DNA from: Candidatus Parcubacteria bacterium
Lineage (GTDB): Bacteria > Patescibacteriota > Minisyncoccia > UBA6257 > 2-01-FULL-56-20
Assembly (NCBI GenBank): GCA_041169145.1
Contig: JBEEJO010000002.1
Coordinates: forward strand, 1-50,246
Direction: 5' to 3'
DNA: 50,246 nucleotides
Shown piece by piece: positions 46,458 through 50,246 of the stretch; the first letter of the stretch is position 1, and the number at the start of each line of letters is the position of its first letter. The notes under the pieces were generated by a model. It made no database searches. It saw only the letters and a program-made list of their open reading frames with translations, and was not told where the DNA came from. Position numbers and translations under genes: made by a program.

Positions 46458-47559
46458 GTGCGAATCCCAGAGATTCAATAACGTACTGCTGTTCTTCTGG
46501 TGCAATGGTCTCGTGCATTGGGAGCGACAGAATGGAATGGGCGGTTACCGTTGCAACAGGACACGCATCCCGGGGCAGGTCTTTCGGATAGAACGGCTGG
46601 TCCATAACGAGCATCGGATAGTAAATTCCGGTGTCTATCTCCCTTTTCGCCAGTCGTTCGCGAACGCGGTCACGATCTCCTTGCAACAGCTTTATCGTGT
46701 ATAAATGGTAGACGTGCGTGGCATCCGCATGACGATGCATGTATTGGACTGGAAGTTTTGCTTCATCAATAAGCTTATCGTAGCGTCCTGCGGCGGTCTG
46801 GCGAATCTTGCTTGCACCATCAAGATTCGGGAGTTTGAGCGACAGTACGATCGCCTGAACGGGATCCAGCCGCATGTTATAGCCGAGACGCTCGTGGTCG
46901 TTCTTTGATGCCTGGCCAAGATTGCGGAGCATGCGAACTTCTTCGGCGACTCGGGCATCCGATGTCGTCACGGCTCCGGCATCACCAAAGGCGCCGAGAT
47001 TCTTCGTCGGGTAAAAACTCCATGCGGCCGCGTCGCCCCACGACCCGACTTTCTTACCTTCCCACGCGGCGCCATGCGCCTGCGCACAATCTTCAATAAC
47101 AACGAGTTTGTGTTTCTTTGCGATGGCCATAATGGCGGTCATATCGGACGCTTGGCCGTACAGATGCACCGGCATGATAGCGCGGGTTTTCGGCGTGATG
47201 AGGGTTTCGATTTTTGCGGCATCGATCAGAAACGTCTTCGGGTCAATATCCGCAAAGCGCGGCGTAGCTCCAGCGCGAAGAATAGAGGTGACGCTCGCGT
47301 TGTAGGCATTCCCCTGCGTGACGACTTCGTCGCCCGGCCCGATATCGAACGCTTTGAGCGCAAGCCATAAGGCATCGCTGCCATTTGAAACACCGACGGC
47401 GTGTTCCGTACCGATGAACTTCGCCCATGCTTCCTCGAATTCTTTTACCTCGTCGGTGAGAATAAAATTCGCTTTGTCGAGAAATAGTCCCAGACGTTCA
47501 AGAAACTCCTTCCTGATACGCTGCGTCGGGCCCGTAAGATCGGTGAATCGTACTTTCAT
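46447..47559 (-). CDS. DegT/DnrJ/EryC1/StrS-family PLP-dependent sugar aminotransferase
   Basis: I chose the start at ATG 47559 (MKVRFTDL). The PLP-lysine context is SFYPTKNLGAFGDAGAV. Confidence 0.85.
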   Translation of the reverse strand: MKVRFTDLTGPTQRIRKEFLERLGLFLDKANFILTDEVKEFEEAWAKFIGTEHAVGVSNGSDALWLALKAFDIGPGDEVVTQGNAYNASVTSILRAGATPRFADIDPKTFLIDAAKIETLITPKTRAIMPVHLYGQASDMTAIMAIAKKHKLVVIEDCAQAHGAAWEGKKVGSWGDAAAWSFYPTKNLGAFGDAGAVTTSDARVAEEVRMLRNLGQASKNDHERLGYNMRLDPVQAIVLSLKLPNLDGASKIRQTAAGRYDKLIDEAKLPVQYMHRHADATHVYHLYTIKLLQGDRDRVRERLAKREIDTGIYYPMLVMDQPFYPKDLPRDACPVATVTAHSILSLPMHETIAPEEQQYVIESLGFALSS

Positions 47560-47575
47560 ATAATGAAGCGTGGCG

Positions 47576-48721
47576 CTATCGGTGCACAGTGCGGCTGCGT
47601 AGAATTTCTTTGATTGCCTGGACGTAGTGTTCAATCTGTTCGTTGGTTAATTCAAAGGATGCGGGAAGTGTGATACCACGTGAAGAAATGGCATAGGCAA
47701 CCGGATTTAACTTCCGACTCCCAGTCTTGTAGTGCGCATAGGCCGGAAGAGTAGAGAGTGGATAGAAAAACGGTCGTGATGGTAGCCCCCTTTTCTTCAG
47801 TTCTTCCATCACTTCTTGTTTTGTAATGTGGTATGACGTACCTATAACAAGAGAAATCGCAAATGGCCCATTTCGGACGATTCGAGATTCTTCATTGAAC
47901 TGAAGATCGGGCATATCAGCAAAATATTTTTTGTATGTAAAGAATATTTCCCGTTTACGCGCGATTAGCTCTTCCAGTCGCTCGAACTGCGCATGGCCGA
48001 TTGCCGCCTGGATGTTGAACGGCGTGTATTTCGGCGTCGCCTCGACAGTCCAATACGGGATCGTTGCATGACGCCCGTGGTCACGCAAAAACATCGCACG
48101 CTCGTACATTAGTTTATCATCGAGCAACAGCATGCCGCCCTCGCCCGTGGTGAGCGTCTTCGTGCGATGGAAGCTGAAAACTGATGCCGCACCGAAACTG
48201 CCAGCGCGCTTCCCACGATACATTGAACCCAGCGCTTCAGCTGCGTCTTCAATCAAAAATAGATTATGCTTCTTTGCAATTGCCTCGAGTGCATTCATGT
48301 TCGGCATATTGCCATAGAGATCCACGGCAATGATTGCTTTTGTGTGAGAGCTGATTCGTTGCTCGACGCTTTTCGGATCGAGACACCAGTTCTTTTTCTC
48401 AATATCGCAGAAAACCGGCGCGGCCCGGACATAGGTTATCGGCGCAACGCTCCCCGTCCACGTACATTCGGGAGCAATAACCTCGTCGCCATCTTTTACC
48501 CCTAGAGAAAGAAGTAGGAGATGGATCGCCGATGTGCAGTTTTGCGTCATTATGCCGTACTTCCGGCCATGGTATGCAGCAAACTCGGACTGGAATTTTT
48601 CGACGTACTCGTAACTCCTCCAACCGGTCCGCATAGCTTCTGTGACTGCTGCGATCTCATGCTCCGTTATCCATGGATCAGCCATCCGAATCTCATTAAT
48701 GAAAGTGCGCGCTTTCTTCAT
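47576..48721 (-). CDS. DegT/DnrJ/EryC1/StrS-family PLP-dependent sugar aminotransferase (second copy)
   Basis: 381 aa. The PLP-lysine context is SFHRTKTLTTGEGGML. Confidence 0.85.
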   Translation of the reverse strand: MKKARTFINEIRMADPWITEHEIAAVTEAMRTGWRSYEYVEKFQSEFAAYHGRKYGIMTQNCTSAIHLLLLSLGVKDGDEVIAPECTWTGSVAPITYVRAAPVFCDIEKKNWCLDPKSVEQRISSHTKAIIAVDLYGNMPNMNALEAIAKKHNLFLIEDAAEALGSMYRGKRAGSFGAASVFSFHRTKTLTTGEGGMLLLDDKLMYERAMFLRDHGRHATIPYWTVEATPKYTPFNIQAAIGHAQFERLEELIARKREIFFTYKKYFADMPDLQFNEESRIVRNGPFAISLVIGTSYHITKQEVMEELKKRGLPSRPFFYPLSTLPAYAHYKTGSRKLNPVAYAISSRGITLPASFELTNEQIEHYVQAIKEILRSRTVHR

Positions 48722-48729
48722 GGCTACTT

Positions 48730-49395
48730 TTATACCGATATAGTATCGATCGATTTCAAGTGGCGTGCGGGCACGCCGGCGACCACCGTGCGGGCTGGGA
48801 CATTTTTAGTCACGACCGCGCCAGCGCCCACAATCGCGTCAGCGCCAACTCGCAACCGAGGAAGTACGATGGCCCCAGAGGCAATCCAGCCTCCCGTCTC
48901 AATATGCACCGAGCCTGCAAGCACCGCACCCGGAGCTATTTCCACGCCATCCTCAAGAATACATTCATGATCAACGCTTGCGCCCGTATTAATGATGCAC
49001 TCTCGCCCTAACACAACTTCCGGTTGGATAATCGCTCCGGCAAGGATTTGGGCGCCATCCCCAATCTTCGCATTGTCCGCAATGATAGCGCTTGAATGAA
49101 TAACGTTAATTGACGTCAATCCTTCCTTAACGAGCAGATCGTGTAGACGTAGACGCGCCCGGCCATGTGGGTTTCCAATCGCGATGCAAAACCCAATCGC
49201 ATGACGATTCCTTTCTTGCGTGATCCACTTTTGAAATCCTCGAAGTCCGTGATATATTGGAACGTCGGAAAAAGGCGAGGTGAGACCTGGAGTGTCATCA
49301 ACAATAGCGACAACCCTCGATCTCTGCTGTTCAATAATCGGCCGTACCACCTTTGCCTGTCCCGTCCCTCCCCATAGCACAATTCTCGGGAGCAT
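48730..49395 (-). CDS. NeuD/PglD-family sugar N/O-acetyltransferase (left-handed beta-helix)
   Basis: It starts at ATG 49395 (MLPRIVLWGGTGQAKVV). C-terminal hexapeptide repeats are present (IGDGAQILAGAIIQPEVVLGRECIINTGASVDHECILEDGVEIAPGAVLAG). Confidence 0.8.
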   Translation of the reverse strand: MLPRIVLWGGTGQAKVVRPIIEQQRSRVVAIVDDTPGLTSPFSDVPIYHGLRGFQKWITQERNRHAIGFCIAIGNPHGRARLRLHDLLVKEGLTSINVIHSSAIIADNAKIGDGAQILAGAIIQPEVVLGRECIINTGASVDHECILEDGVEIAPGAVLAGSVHIETGGWIASGAIVLPRLRVGADAIVGAGAVVTKNVPARTVVAGVPARHLKSIDTISV

Positions 49396-49566
49396 GATAT
49401 TCGTTTTCTGCCACGAGTGTTTCATGTGAACAATAATATTTATTCGCTTATTTCCCGAGTGGCTACCTGGACAATTAATCAATAAGACCGCGAGGAAAAG
49501 TGGTGGGCATGCTCACATCGATGGGCGACGGTTGTGGAAATACCCGTCGTCCGCTTTGTTTATTAT

Positions 49567-49977
49567 TTATACAATAGCCTCGCACACATCCCCGTTGTTA
49601 ATACCCAGCTGCGCCGCAGTTTTGTCATCGAAGTGTACGCGTGGATTAAAAGCGTGTGGCTCTACTTTCACTTTAGCTTTTAGCTTATGTCCATTTATTT
49701 CTATAGTGACATACTGGGGTATGTGAATATGAGGCTCCTGCTCTACCTCGTAGAGTTCTCTCTGCCGAGGTGGCATCACGATAGCGTAACTTATTCCATC
49801 CTTCTCTATTCTTTCGTGAGCTACCCAATGAGGAGGCACGGACAAATCCCTCTTTTTCGTAACTTTCTTAGCGAAACTGGGACCAGGATGGTAATGCGGC
49901 CTGGACACCTCGCATATCACTTTCATGTCCCCCATAGTATCGGAGAAGAACTGGAAATGCAACGATGATAGCATCAC
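49567..49977 (-). CDS. Hypothetical protein
   Basis: The 136-aa ORF overlaps the upstream GNAT gene by 4 nt. An alternative start is at MGDMKV. I recognise no motif. Confidence 0.4.
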   Translation of the reverse strand: MMLSSLHFQFFSDTMGDMKVICEVSRPHYHPGPSFAKKVTKKRDLSVPPHWVAHERIEKDGISYAIVMPPRQRELYEVEQEPHIHIPQYVTIEINGHKLKAKVKVEPHAFNPRVHFDDKTAAQLGINNGDVCEAIV

Positions 49978-50246
49978 GACACCTTATACAAATAATGGTT
50001 GGTTGGATGCAATTGGAAACCTTCTGATTTATACAGTTCGTTTGCCGCTATCCGTGCGGGATTCGTTGTAAGCTCGACCATGTCCATCTTGTTCTCTTTC
50101 GCCCACACGAGCAAATCTTTTAAAATTTCCCTACCAAGACCCCTCCCACGATAGGCACTGTCAATAATCATGTCTTCAACAACAGCTTGCCTCCGCACCA
50201 TAGTCTGCCGAGGGAATATCCACCCGAGACCAATTAATATATCGCC
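49974..50246 (-). CDS. GNAT-family N-acetyltransferase; the N-terminus lies outside the window
   Basis: The acetyl-CoA-binding motif is VVEDMIIDSAYRGRGLGREILKDLLVWAKE. The reading frame stays open upstream of the listed Met up to the window end. Confidence 0.7.
   Translation of the reverse strand, partial: GDILIGLGWIFPRQTMVRRQAVVEDMIIDSAYRGRGLGREILKDLLVWAKENKMDMVELTTNPARIAANELYKSEGFQLHPTNHYLYKVS

Overview
A 50.2-kb bacterial window. The housekeeping genes (GroES/GroEL, long-form ThyX, archaeal-type UMP kinase, HtpX, LemA, TrxB/Grx/DsbA) look like a small-genome Patescibacteria/CPR-type organism; that assignment is inference only. There are three blocks. (1) Positions 1-11.3 kb form an AT-richer accessory island next to tRNA-Ser(GGA). 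It carries a large serine recombinase, a PD-(D/E)xK nuclease with a small conserved partner, and a tightly packed minus-strand operon. The operon encodes a type III-like Res helicase-nuclease, a Mod methyltransferase, a stand-alone CHAT (caspase-like) protease, and a large unrecognisable protein that runs off the window start. A 298-nt gap separates the divergent res and nuclease genes and contains a GC-rich, highly structured element with GNRA tetraloops and mutually exclusive helices. The R-M plus CHAT plus unknown-protein operon and this RNA-like element are my best candidates for an undescribed defence system. (2) Positions 11.3-25.1 kb hold GC-rich core genes: pyrH-like, a DUF1189-like membrane protein, htpX, three small membrane proteins, lemA, thyX, an HtrA-like protease, groESL with a CIRCE-like operator, and a thiol-redox cluster. 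A partial duplication of the thyX promoter and 5' codons sits upstream of the protease. Several genes have a -10 box only 7-9 nt from the ATG, which suggests leaderless mRNAs. (3) Positions 25.1-49.4 kb are a roughly 24-kb glycan biosynthesis locus. It includes many glycosyltransferases, a priming phosphotransferase, a flippase, an NDP-heptose module with two GHMP kinases, amino-sugar genes, a frameshifted FkbM methyltransferase, and an unusual nucleotidyltransferase-FkbM fusion. I saw no rRNA genes, CRISPR arrays or transposases. All calls come from reading the sequence and ORF translations by eye; no searches were run.
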